From: Mytilus californianus
Taxonomy: Eukaryota
Reading direction: 5' to 3'
Assembly: GCF_021869535.1 (NCBI RefSeq)
Contig: NW_026262626.1
Location: forward strand, 10,726,001-10,790,000
DNA: 64,000 nt
Every line of letters starts with the position of its first letter. Positions within the stretch are counted from its first letter, which is position 1. This document shows positions 1 to 13,100 of the stretch, one piece after another. The notes under the pieces are model-generated. The model made no database searches. It had not been told where the DNA came from and was given only the letters and a program-made list of their open reading frames with translations. The translations under genes were made by a program, and so were the position numbers.

Positions 1-183
1 GGTAAGCAGATTCTGTTAGATGAATGACATCTGTCATGTTACTACTATAAAATATGTTAAGGCCATGTCAAACAAATTTTCTAGTTCTCAAACAATGACT
101 TCTAAATCAAAACCAATATGGGGTCTGGACCTGTGTGCTGCATGCAATTGATTGAGGTAATATGTATACTGGTTCACTTTGAT

Positions 184-560
184 GCCAAGAAAACTTTATC
201 GAAACTTTCCAACTTTTCCTTGTACAATGAGTGTTGTAAAAGTTTAAACTATCTGTAAACAGGAAGTGGCTACACGACAGATGTAAAAATTGCTTACTCA
301 CTACAACTCAACATCATCAAGCTGCAGATCAAATATTAAAATCATTCCCTTCAATAGGAGCCAAGAAAAGTTTGAAGAAAATTTTCCTTAAACAATGAGC
401 ATGACGAGTGTTGTAAAATTTCAAACTTTCTGCAAAAAGAAGAAAATACATGGTACAATGTAGATGAAAAAATTACTTAATCGCAACTACTCAACATCAT
501 CAAGCTGCAGACCTAATATTAAATTATTTCCTTTGATAGAAGCCAAGAAAACTTTGATGA
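184..560. repeat. Degenerate about 178-bp tandem repeat (about 2.2 copies)
   Basis: GCCAAGAAAA at about 184, 360 and 542; CTCAACATCATCAAGCTGCAGA occurs twice. Confidence 0.7.
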
Positions 561-1038
561 AAGTTTTCTTTCGGAAAAAGATGACACAGGTGAAAAGGAT
601 GAGGGGGGGGGGGGGGGGGGGGGGGGGGGCTGAGTATTTAATTTTTGAATTTAATATTTTTCTTAAACTGACCAGTATTTAACTCTGTATTCATTCATGT
701 TCAAGATTAAAATGCCAAGGGGCGATAAAAAAAATATCAAAAAATCAAAGTTATTACAACTTTGAGAAGACAAACAGCTAGTCTGCAAAATATTTCACAG
801 AAAACTAATTTCTCATGAAGAACACAATTTCAAATCATCAATGTTCATAACTGAGAATGTACATGATGTATGTGTTGCCTTTCTAGAAATTTATACAACC
901 TGTTAATTTGATACTACATTTAGTTATGTTGTTTTTATTTTACTAATGGGGGTATCATTATGTGATAATGAACTAACATATCAAACCACCACAGTGCTAT
1001 GCTGAATGTCAGAATAAAATTGTTTCTAGTAAAATTAA

Positions 1039-1427
1039 GGATGTTTGCTCCTCTTGTTTTTGAATTTCTGCAAGATTTTCGGAATCCTCTGGTTTTATCC
1101 ATGTATTGCCATTAAAAAATTTTGCCCACTAACCCCTACTTTTCATTTCATATTTTATTACATATAGTTTAAAAGGCCATCTTTGAAAATCTTATGAAAT
1201 CCTTGTTATTTTTTCATAGTTTTTGAAACAAAAAAGCGGCCAATGATAAAAGTATGAAAAATCTAGAGAGAATCATTTCCCGCCAAATTTTCAGTGGCTT
1301 TTATCTTGAAAACAAGCACACGGACCCTTCATTTTTTTCTGCTTTTTTAGTTCCTTTATTTATATACTATCATTTTAGTACAGACTTTTAAAAATCTTGT
1401 TATTTTGAAACAGAGTAGCGAACATCC
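1039..1427. mobile_element. Non-autonomous TTAA-flanked DNA transposon (Kolobok-like)
   Basis: TTAA|GGATGTTTGCT...AGCGAACATCC|TTAA. A closely similar copy lies at 62681-62964. Confidence 0.8.
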
Positions 1428-2139
1428 TTAAGCTATTAGAAATCCAGCATCATAAGAAAATCATAACCTTCTTCGGTATACTCAAGACAAAAAGTTTTGA
1501 AACCCAAAAACTCCCTAGACTGTACAGCTAATACTGTTAATAAGTATGAATAAAAAGAGACATTGGATAGTCATCAATGTGACCCCAACCTAACAACACA
1601 TTGACAACAAAAACAAAAAGACATCCAGAGAGCTGCATAGACATTCAGGCCACCATGGTCAACTTTGCAACAAAAGGCATACCTGTGCCTGTATCGCTCA
1701 CTGGTAAAAAAAATTGCCAGTTTACTAATTACTGTATTATGCACGTATACAATAGTTCCTATTAGAAAATGATTAGTGTTTCTGATCATTTTTGCAATTT
1801 ACATGTTTAATCCAGCTTCTATAGTATTTTTTGTTAACAGCCAAAACTGCAAAAAAACAAACAGTAAAAATCAACATTTCAGGGCAATAACTTAAAATAA
1901 TATCAGCGTGCTCAGAGTAAATAGATCTTCTCATGATGGTCATTGTTGTAGGTTACTTTTAACCTGTCGCCTCTGTGAGAAAATTGGGAGAAAAAAATGT
2001 ATATTTCAGGGATTTTTCTGAAATTTTCAGTTTCAATATAGATCTTGTCATGCTGATCATTTTTGTATTTACACTTTTAACCTAGCTCCTACACTTTTCT
2101 TGAAAACAGCCAAACAACTGCAATAAAATGCTTTGCTGA

Positions 2140-2920
2140 GCGCAGCCTGATACGACTGCACAGGTCTAACCCTGAACAGTTGGGGCAAGTTTGGACACAA
2201 TTTTCAAGCTTGATACTGTCTGAATTTGGATTGTGATCAAATTTTTGATAATATAGGTTTCTGACACAAAACAAATGTGGTCAAAGGTCTTACAAATCTA
2301 TGGCGCAATACTGTGCAATTGATGATTTCTTCTTGAAACTGTTCAAAAATTTGAAATTTGAAAAATTTTGAAAAAAATATGAACTCCTTAAAAACATTGG
2401 AAAAAAAAATCCCCCCCCCCCCCCCCCCCAATTTTTTGGAATCCCCCCTTGAAGTAATTACCCCCAAACTCAATCCCAGCCTTTTTTTCCTTTGTAGTAT
2501 GGAACCTTGTAGTACAATTTCAGAGAGAACCCTACACTTAAACACAAATTATTGTCTGGAAACTAGAAAAATGCTTGTTTTTGGCCCTTTTTTGTCCCCT
2601 AATTCCTGCATGTTTGGGGCAATTACCCCCAAACTCAACCCCAGCCTTCCCTTTGTGATATGGAACCTTGTGGTATAATGTCAGAGAGATCCATACACTT
2701 ACACACAAGTTATTGTCCGGAAACTACAAAAATGCTTCTTTTTGGCCCTTAATCCCTAAATTGTTGGCACCATAACCCCCAAAATAGATCCCAACCTTCC
2801 TTTTGTGGTATTAAACATTGAAGTACAATTCAAAAGCCATCGAAATACTTATACACAAGTTATTATTCTGAAACTAGAAAAATGCTTGTTTTGGACCCCT
2901 TTTGGGCCCTTCTTATTGAA
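2140..2920. repeat. Degenerate array of ACCCCCAAACTCAA..CCCAGCCT / AAAAATGCTTGTTTT units
   Basis: Three to four related units about 160-170 bp apart. Confidence 0.6.
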
Positions 2921-3397
2921 CTTTAAACATGTAGAAAAGAGATTACAAGCAATATGATGCAGGGTATATTTATTGTTTTCTTCCTAACTGATCCTCATGA
3001 TTATCATTTCTGTTTTAACATACATTTCACAAGTTTCAAAGGGAAAAAAGAATTCTGTCTCAACTGCTAAAATAAATACATACATGTAGTACAAAATTGT
3101 AACTTCAGCTTTAGCGTTTTCATCTGTATGATGGCAGTTTTTGAAATGACTTAAATACGCCAAAAGCATTAATTGACTTTCGCAGATTTTTATTTTATTT
3201 TTATTTTGTCGATTTCTCCGAGCTCTTTTGGATTAATTCTTTTTGTTATGAATCGGATTAAAAATAAAAGTGCTGTAGTCTTTTTTCAATTGCTAATTTT
3301 ATAACAATAAAATCGGCATAGCGTTTGCAAATAGGTTCCGATACATGTGGATTTACGTGGGAGGGATATTGTAACATCCATTATTATGTATATCTCT

Positions 3398-3581
3398 CAG
3401 TCTGCGCTAAGTATAGATATATCGAGAATTTTATCACGGTGTTGTTTACAAAGCGAAAGAAGAACGTCATATTAGAATTTGATATTTATCACTAAATTGA
3501 TCAAACAAGTATGCAAGTTTCTGTTCTAATCCTGAAAATTGGAAAATGAATACATAATTTTAACAAACTTATTTGTAAATG
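3398..3581 (+). other. Candidate first exon of HGD, ending in the start codon (ATG|gtatat at 3579-3583)
   Basis: CpG-containing stretch with an Inr-like TCAGTC near 3397. ATG at 3579-3581 is followed directly by GT, and joining to 10108 gives [11 protein letters not shown], the same spacing as human MAELKYISGFG. The donor is only moderate and a short uORF (ATG at 3546) precedes it. Confidence 0.25.
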
Positions 3582-6444
3582 GTATATATGCATTTGCATT
3601 TAAATAGCAATTAAAAGGAAACTTAAATCAGCATAGTTCATGGTTACAACAAAATAAAAAGTCATAGTCAATCAGGTATCTTAGCCTGTCAGGATCCCTT
3701 TATCTCTATGTATTTGTTTATACACATTTTTTGATACAATTTATTAGATGTCGCTGCTGAATACAAGTGTAAACTATGATTTTTAACATTAGCATGGAAG
3801 GGGCAGGCAGCACGTTTTACTGTAAGATTAGGGATAGAAAATCGATCTACATTATGATAAAGATATCTTTTCTTTTCCCAAGGCCAGAGTTTTTTAATTT
3901 GTTGGTTTACAGATTTTTAAGTGAAAAAAAAAGAAAAATATTTCTTACAAGACAGAAATACATGTATGTGTAAATTTGATAAATATTTCAGCTTACTAAC
4001 ATTAGTTTTTGTTATGGTTTTTCTTAATTTTTTGGTCCAAACATTATTGCGCAGCTGTTTTAAACGTACATGTACAATGCATACTATCGTCACATAAGTT
4101 TTTAAAAGGGGGTATGTCCACGGACAAACAGATATTAAATGGCCAATTCAACTACGAAAAAAAACAGCTAATCATGGCTTTATATTAACTTTCAGGAAAC
4201 AAAGTAAATGATGAGCACGAAAACACTTGAAAAAAAATTTTCACACGTCACACGAACACTTTACCATCTGTGTCATAAACGAAGTAGACCTGTCCAATGG
4301 AAAAACGAAGATATCGGTTTCATACTTTGGCAGGCAATATCGTTTTTTTTTTTTAATCAGACTATCTATGAATAAGAATATTCCAAATGGTTTGAGGATA
4401 TCTGATACTGTTAAATTGACGTCTTCCACGTTTGGACGGGTCTATTTCGAAAATCTAGGAGTTGAAAAGCTTAAGGAATTATGAAAAAATAGTAAACAAA
4501 CTTATTGTAAGGGGCTTTTAACAAAAGTTTCGTTTCGCAAAATTATTTGCATAAAAACATATCAAGGTCAGTTTAGATTTTTATTCTTTTAGAAATAGTC
4601 AAACTATTGTCAACATATTTTTTTTTTTGGTGATGTTTTCAACAATATACTTTGGGGCAAAGTAGCTGGCTGATTTCTGTGCTATAGACGAAGAAAACTG
4701 CCAGCTACCGGCTTCTAATGATAGCCCAGCCCCAATGTTGTTCTATTTTAGACATACATGTAGCTGCCATATATATTGGTTGATCAACCTGGACAAACAT
4801 CAATAACCTTATACATTGTAGATGACATCCTACAGATAAAGCTGACAAACTTTGGTTTCAATCCATTGAGCAGTTTCAAAGGAGAATATAATACTTTGAA
4901 AGAAAAGGTGAGCTAAAAAGGAAGGTAATATCCTTATCAATGAATTTGTCAACCAGCCTCTGAATAAAACCACACTTTTCTTAGGCAGCATAACAACCTT
5001 CTTGCAAGTTAAAATTTTGTCCAACATGATTAGCATTTTTTTTTTAAATTCTAACATACAGACAGAGGAATACAACTCAAAATTTCCATACAAGTTCAAA
5101 TATTTGCTTGATGACAATGTCCCCATTCATCAGGAGATGAAATGTGATCACAGGAAATATGAATTTAATTTCGCTAATTATTGCTGACACTGATTGTCTC
5201 CCTGGGAAAAAGTTCAAAATCTGGGGACTGGGGATAGAATTTATGAAAATCACGATTGTGGCTTGTTTTACAAACCCTAGTTCAGAATTCATTTTAAAGT
5301 ACCAAAAAGGGATAATACCTCCAAAATCAGGATAGTTGGCAGGTGTGTTATATTTTCCCTTGAATCCAAAAAAAAAAATTGTTTTGCACAGTAAATTTAT
5401 ATTCCATATGCCAAACGGGGTATTATAACCTATTTGGGTGATTTGTCCCAGTATGTTGAGCTTTTTGTTATAATTGCTTTTAAGCTAATTTATATTGCCC
5501 ATTGACTATCGTATCACTGTCATAACGGTTTTTTTTAAATGCATTAAATAAACGACTTCCAAAGCTACTAATTCAGAAGGAACAAAATGCAAAATGGAAT
5601 GCATCTATAGTGCAGAGTCAGACAATGCACGTGAATTTTCCAATATCGAGCATGCAATCATAAAAATTTACCTGAATCAGTTGTAGCAAATAATAAAACT
5701 ATTGTCAAGACAGCTGTTATTTGATCATCAGCGGATGCTCCTTTAGAAAAAGTAGCATTTTTCTTCAGTAACTAAAATTGTTTCAGCCCAAGAAACTAAA
5801 AGGTGAAGGTCATGAAGATAATTTAAATTTCTCTGGTTTTATGATAGTAAAGTATGATAAGTCTAGAACATGTTCGAAAAGATATATAATTAATTCAATA
5901 AAACGTTTAACGAAAGGTGATTTAGCAAGGGAAGCGTACAAAAGATCAAGATCGTTCAACATGAGCTTGCAAAAGGTAAACAACACCACTAATTTGTAAT
6001 ATTACATGAATTTTAACACAAATTACTTGTCGTCTTAGTGTATTATTGATAATACAAATTTTTGAAAGTGGTTACAATAAAATTTATAAGCTGTCACTGC
6101 ATTTGTTTGTGATAAACACTTTGATACGTGGTGACCTTGACATTTTTGTCAATTACTTGTTGGAAAGGTTTAGAATACGAATTTTTAAATTAATCTTTAT
6201 TTAAGAGAACCGGAATTCGTTTTGGCAAAGTATAACAATCTTATTGTAATAGTTTAAAGTTGTGGAATAGTAATTTCAAACCAACAGTTCTAGCTACTTT
6301 TGTGGGTGTGTCACATGCAACAATTTGATTGGTCATCAGTTTTGCATTTATCTTGTGAACATGTATGCCTAGTAATCTAAAAAAGAAATTTGGTGAGGCA
6401 GTCTAATGAATAATTTGGGAAGTGTTGTATACATTCATGGCGAC

Positions 6445-7410
6445 TGTGTAAAGCAAAATATTGTTTTATGAAATATTGTCCACCAAGACAATATTTCATG
6501 ACAATGTTAATCATGAAATATTGTCCTCATCTATGAAAAAATGTCCATTGCAAAATATTGTCTGTATATAGACAATATTTCACAGATGAATACTATGAAA
6601 TTTTGTCCTGTTAAAGGGAGGTTATATTTTGTGTGTATTGAGACAATATTTCATAGACAAATTGTCATGAAATTTTGTCTCATGAAGGGGAGGTTATCAA
6701 CATATATCATGTTGGATAATGATATTTTATTTGACTGATAATAACAAATAAACACAAATTAATATTTCAGTTACATTGTACTCCTGTACCTCCAAAACTC
6801 TGTTGCAAAAAGATTTTTCAATCTACCTTATTAAGGAATAATATTAGTACATTCAATTTTGAACATATATAAGTGATTGTCAGTACATTTAACTTATATT
6901 TAACCAGTATAATGTAGTACAATGGAACATACATTAGACAATTCTTTAATCTATAATTAACCATTTATAAAGTATCTATGCAAATTTGAAACTAGCTTAT
7001 GTTAAAATAAATATTAGTTTGAAATATAAAATACTTACTTTACAAAATAATTTCAGTTATAAATCTAAAAATGTGCATGCTGCATGCTTGTGTACTTTTT
7101 CTAATTTTGTAATAATTTGATTAAGAAATATTTTCATGGACGTTAATTTCACAGTGAAATATTGTCATGGACAGAATTTCACAGTGAAATAATGTAAAAT
7201 AGACAGTATTTCATAGTGAAATATTGTCATGGACAGTATTTCATAGTGAGATATTGTCATGGACAGAATTTCATAGTTAAATATTGTCCAGAAGGAGGTG
7301 ACAAAATTTCATGGACAAGGACACTATTGCATAATGAAATATTGTCCTGGACAGTATTTCATTATGAAACGGACAATATTTCATGGAGGACAATATTTTA
7401 TGTTACAACT
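6445..7410. mobile_element. Foldback-like element with modular arms of GAAATATTGTC/GACAATATTTC subrepeats
   Basis: Arms at about 6445-6700 and 7125-7410 are built from the same motif in both orientations around an AT-rich core. A 30-bp tandem lies at 7130-7280. Confidence 0.5.
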
Positions 7411-9194
7411 GCAACCCAAATAGGTACAACCAAAAAACATCTTGAAGTCATGCCTAAATTAATGTACCATCTACATGAGGGTCGTACTGGGGTGCATTCA
7501 TGACGAATAATGCTAAAAAAGTCTTGCCAAATGATGTTAACAGTAATATTTGGTGCATGACGATAAAATATACATTTTCTTTCTGAAGGTCAAAAAATCG
7601 ACAGATTTTGATGAATCACGTTAAATTGTTTCCAAAATAACGATAACAGCTAATTTTTTGAGACATCTGATGAATCACGATAAGGATACTTTGACGAATC
7701 ACGTTAAAAAAAGATATGAATATCTGCCTTCACCCCATTCCCCCCACCCCCACAGAAAAAACAAAAAACAAACAAAACAATAAAAAAAATAATAAAATGT
7801 AAAAAAAATTTAGATAAAACACCACATGCACAACATATTAAAATGATTAAGATATATTATCATGAAATTTCCTAGATTAAAATAAGTTCCAAATGGAATC
7901 AATATTCTGTAATAATTTATGTCTTCTGGTGGAACAAATATTACAGTACATGTATTTGTTACTAATGAAATAGATTATAGAATATTTGTTCCATCAGGAA
8001 CATATGTTATGGCATTGTTTATAACAAAGCTTCCAGTGGAACTTATGTTAGGTGGAACAAATATATATGCTTACAAATTGACAAAACTAAGGGTTTTCAT
8101 CAAACAATAATAACAAAAATTATATATTTTTTTATTCTGGACCTCCTGTTGTGACCATATACAAAAGTTGGTGAAAGTCTGTTTTATCAAGGTCAGATTG
8201 CTCAGGTCCTTTGATTATGTCAGAAAGATAGGCATAGAACAATAACACATCATCTGCTTGAAATATTAACTTTTAATATGTGAAGGTTGAGGAAGGGTCA
8301 TTATTGGCCCTAAAGTACCATGAAAATTAACTCCTGTAACTATAATACATGTTTGCCAGATGAAAAAAAATATGTTCTATATACAGTCAGAGGATTCTTA
8401 CTGAAATAAGTTATTTATAAAATCACTTATTTAAGTAGCAAATTCGAAATTTTGTCACAAATTGTGATTTTGTAGTTTTACCGAAGTTTTTAAACACATA
8501 GGTTTAGATTACCGGTATATCTTATTATTAGTAAAATTGAAAAAAATGAACCTTTTGCTTCTTTTAAGTAGCAAGGTTTATGCCATTTGATGCAATTTAG
8601 CTGTAAATTCTATTTTTGTTGAAAAAATGCTATAATGAAGGCTTTATACGTATAATGAACTGATACTTTCTTAACAGATTTTTCCCAGCAGTGGGAGTAT
8701 TTTCCTGTAAAATTCAAGGTTTCATCTTACAGATTATGTAATAAAAAATTTTTTTACTGTTCGCGATCAAAATTTCACTGTTCTGGGGTGTTGAAATTAG
8801 TGGGGATTATTAAAATAATAATACTTAAAGAATTGATTTTTTGGAAGAAAATAGAGGTATGATACTTAAACAAGTGATTTATGTCATTATCCCAGATTTA
8901 GTACAGGGTCATCACCTGACATGACCGGTCATCCTATCAACACACATGTTGGTTCTGATAATTTTAGCAGCATAATTAGTCCCATGATCATTAGTATTGT
9001 ATATTTAAAGCTACAATAAAATTAAATCACTTAGTCTAGTGATTTATTTGTACTACTTAAATAGGTGATTATTAAAGAAAGACAACTCTTACTTCCAACA
9101 TTTGTGGACAAAATGTTACTTGAATCAGTGATTTAGAAATAACTCATTTAAGTAAGTCCCATGGCTTTATCATGTATGCATATGAGGTAAAAGC

Positions 9195-9780
9195 AAAGGT
9201 CAATATCTAGAACGTCAAATTTACCTATGACCTTGAGCTCAATTTCAAGGTCATAAACCAAGGACTTCAAATCAAAAGACCATAGGTCTTAATTATATAT
9301 GGTTAATGAGTTATATCACTTTATGCCTAATTTTTAATATAAGAGGGGAGAAAACTCCAATTTAATGTTAGTGTACCCTTTCAACCAAAATTTATGTGTT
9401 ACGACATGTCGCAACTTACAATTTAGTAAAAATATGTTGTTGATATCTTATACGGTTTTTGAAAAGAATTGAAAATAAGCCAAAATCAAAATTTAAAATA
9501 TGACCTTGACCTCTGACCTTGACCTTATTTTCTTATTTTTGGACCAAGGACCTCAAATCAAAAGATCCTAGGTCTCTATCACTTATGGTTTACAAGATAG
9601 AAATGCATATCACTTATATCAAATGCATAAGGGGAAATAACTCTCATATGGAGTGTTCGTATGGTTTCGGTCAAAATTGGACAAATCATGCGAAGGATAT
9701 AACGAGCAATTTTATAAAATAAATTTGTCGCTTTCTTATACGGTTACGGAGGAGATGCAGTCACAAGGAAAACAGTGTTC
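9195..9780. repeat. HINE-type repeat with duplicated CAAGGAC.TCAAATCAAAAGA unit
   Basis: Motif at about 9260 and 9545, with GACCTTGA motifs shared with the other arrays. Confidence 0.5.
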
Positions 9781-10107
9781 GGGGAGATAACTCCTACAAA
9801 TAGTAACCAGGTAACCAGTCGACAAATTATATAATCTGGAGTCAAAAGTCGGTAATATGAAAATAGTCTATTAAAGACTGCAACACCAACCCCATCAAAA
9901 AACCAGGCGTACAAAATGTACTCTGGAAGGGTATGCAAATTCTGCTCCACATGTGGCACACTAAGGGATTTATAGTGATCATTAAAAGGAGTCATTTTAT
10001 AGGAGCAAACATATAATTTATGTTTTAAATTTACCTTATCTTTAAATCATTGAAATCACTTTGCTGAAAGTTTTTACTGAGGCTGATTATTCATCTTTCT
10101 GTTGTAG

Positions 10108-13100
10108 GATAAGTTACAGTATATGTCAGGATTTGGTAATGAATTTACCAGTGAAGATCCCAGGTGTCCTGGTGCTCTGCCACAAGGACAGGTATTGTAT
10201 TGTACATGTTAACGTTAATCTTTTTATTGTTCAGTTTAGTCTGCATTTTTTATGGGGCTATTTAAACAACTGTTAGATAATTAAATTTATGTTGTACAGG
10301 TGAGACAGTTTTTTCAAGGTGATACATTCCTTGGTTTACTTCAGTTCTACTTGAGCAATGAATTTTGATTGGTAATAGCCTTTCATTTAATTCAAATTGA
10401 ACTTAATTAATTGACAATTAAGTAACGTTACAACTTCGAACTTACTTTTTGTCTTATTTTAGGTTTTGAACAGTCTTGTAAAATTTGTAAATCAGGTTTT
10501 AAGCTGAAACCCCATCTTGACCAACCTAAACTAATGGAAGATTATCCTGGTAAAATTCATATATAAAGTGCATTTGTCACAAATGACCAAAATGCATCAG
10601 GAGGTCAAATTGCATTCTTTAACTATAGAACGGTGTTTATTCAATAAGTCAACCCCTAAGTCATGCTAGGACTAGAACATTCGTAAATAAATAAAACAGA
10701 GTCTTAAAAAGATTTACCAAAAATGCTGAATATCTTAAAGGACAAAAATATTAAAATATAACTAACGACAACCTCTACTGAGATTTCTGTCCTTGTGTAG
10801 ACACATTAACCTGTTGCTGGATTAGATTATTTCTTTTTTGTGCTAAAAACTCCCCTTTTTAATTTCAATCAATGGAGTAAAGCATGTGCATAGAAGAACT
10901 AACACACACATATATATGACAGAAAAGTGTGTCACGTTAAGTTTGCTTGTTTGGAACGTGGACAATAAAATCAGAATCAGCTTTATGAAGTTTAACTCAT
11001 TGAGAGATGTAATCAGGTTATCAGAAATTTTATATTTATTTCTTATTTTGACTGTATATTTTCAGAATAACCCACAGAAATGTAGATATGGACTGTATGC
11101 TGAACAATTATCTGGTTCTGCCTTCACTGCACCAAGGGAAAGTAATGTCAGGAGCTGGCTTTACCGTATCAGACCTTCCGTCAAACATAATCCATTCAAA
11201 GCAATCGACAATGGTCTATTTACTAATGACTGGGACAAAGTTAAACCAAACCCAAACCAGGTAATTAAAATTAGCACATGTCTTGGGCAAAAGTTAAAGA
11301 AGATAGAGAGAAACTTTTAACAGAAAAAATTATCAGATTTTTGTCATGAATTATATTCTAGTTCACAATCTTTGAGAATGTCTATTGTTGAAGATGCATA
11401 TAGGCCTTGGTGAGCAACATAGGCTCTTTAGAACCTTTGTAGTTAATGCTTACTCAGCAACCAAGCATAAGAAAGTGAGCAAGCAGGAAGATTTAATTTG
11501 AAGTAAATTGTAGATTCCACAGACTGACTGTAAAAGCAATGACAAAAGTCAAGTAAAGTTTGGTTTGATACTTTCAAGTTGTTATTTTTTACTGGTTCAT
11601 TATGCAACAAATTCAGAAGACTCTCAGACTGATTCCTTGAAAATAAATTTAAAAACTTTAAATTTAAAAATATTTGAAGTTTTTATTATTTGTGAAAATT
11701 GCGTCTGGATAGGTTTTGCAAAAATAAAGAATCACATTTTATATTTTGATAGCATTATTCGTGCTATTTGTATGTAAGATTTCCTGAAAATGCAATAATT
11801 AATACTGTAAATTCAGAAATTATTGCGTGCATTTATTATTGCGATTTTAAAAAAATGGACAATAATGCGAGTTTAATTATTGCAATTTTAGAATAATCTA
11901 CATACAGAATTATGGTTTAGTTATCAAAATGCGAGTTCTTATTATTGCGATACTCACCGAGTCGCATTATTCGCATTAATAAAAACCTCGCAATAATTTC
12001 TGAATTTACAGTATCCCAATTTTGTCCATTGCTCAAATACCCCAAAATATAATTATGCATAAAAAAAATTCTGAATTTAAAGTACTGTTTGATTTGGTAA
12101 ATATTTCTTGTTTCTGGGACATTTGGTCAAGTAATTATTAAACTTTGTCTGAAAATGAAATTGGACATGGAAAAACAGACTATCTGAACTAAAGTATCTC
12201 TAGCTATTGAGTAAATATTCACTTTTTTCTTGTTCAAGTCTTTAATAAAAAATTGAGGAATAACATCAATGACTTCTACTGAAAATTATGATACATCTGA
12301 GCTGCAAGTTGCAAGGTAATATGTATAATGTTGGAGCCTTTTTTATTTAACTTTTTTATAAGAGAGGTGAAGAATACCAAAGGGACATTCAAACTTTCTA
12401 AATAAGAAAAAGACAATCAGACAAACAACAGTACACAAAACAACATAGAAAACTAAAGACTGAGCAACACAAACCCCACCAAAAACTGGGGGTGATATAA
12501 GGCGCTCAGAAGGGTAAGCAGATCCTGCTCCACATGCACCCATCGTGTTGCTCATGTAAGTACAAACCTGGTGATATGTCTAATTCGGTAGGTCATATTC
12601 GGGGGAAGGGGACGAGATTGTAGTTACGACAATTGGAATTATGTTAATTTTTGTAAATGACAAAAATAGAACTCTGGTTGTCAATCCAAAAATATTTTTT
12701 CTGAAGTTGTGATAACAATTGTATATTTTTATTCTAATCCATGCATATAAATATTGCAGATGAGATGGAAACCATTTGATATAACAAAAGTAAGCCAGAA
12801 GAAAGTGGATTTTGTTCAGGTCTGTATTTGATACATATGTAAATTTAATTTTTACATCATTTCATGGTTGATAGTGAGACAGTAACATTTTTTTGGTTTT
12901 AAAAACTGGATTATTGAATCCAATACTATACATGTGAGACAAAAAATATAAGGTCTGAAATCGCTGCCATCTTATCTTGAGATTTATGTGACTCACAAAC
13001 CATTTTGAGAATTCCTGAATTGATTTGATAAAGGGGGGGGTAGGATGGGGTTCTGAAGACATTAATAAAAAGATATCAAATTAATGATTAGTGTGTGGTT

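Noticed and set aside
602-629. Poly-G/poly-C runs (also about 2410-2428 and 30838-30856) giving GGGG/PPPP ORFs or G-quadruplexes
   Set aside because: Simple homopolymers with uncertain length; no coding support.
4830-5335. Cluster of overlapping short ORFs
   Set aside because: No recognisable motif or consistent splice chain; the sequence resembles decayed repeat.
10886-11065. N-terminal extension of the 144-aa ORF as part of HGD
   Set aside because: It is intronic read-through upstream of the ttttcag acceptor at 11065; only 11066-11260 matches HGD.
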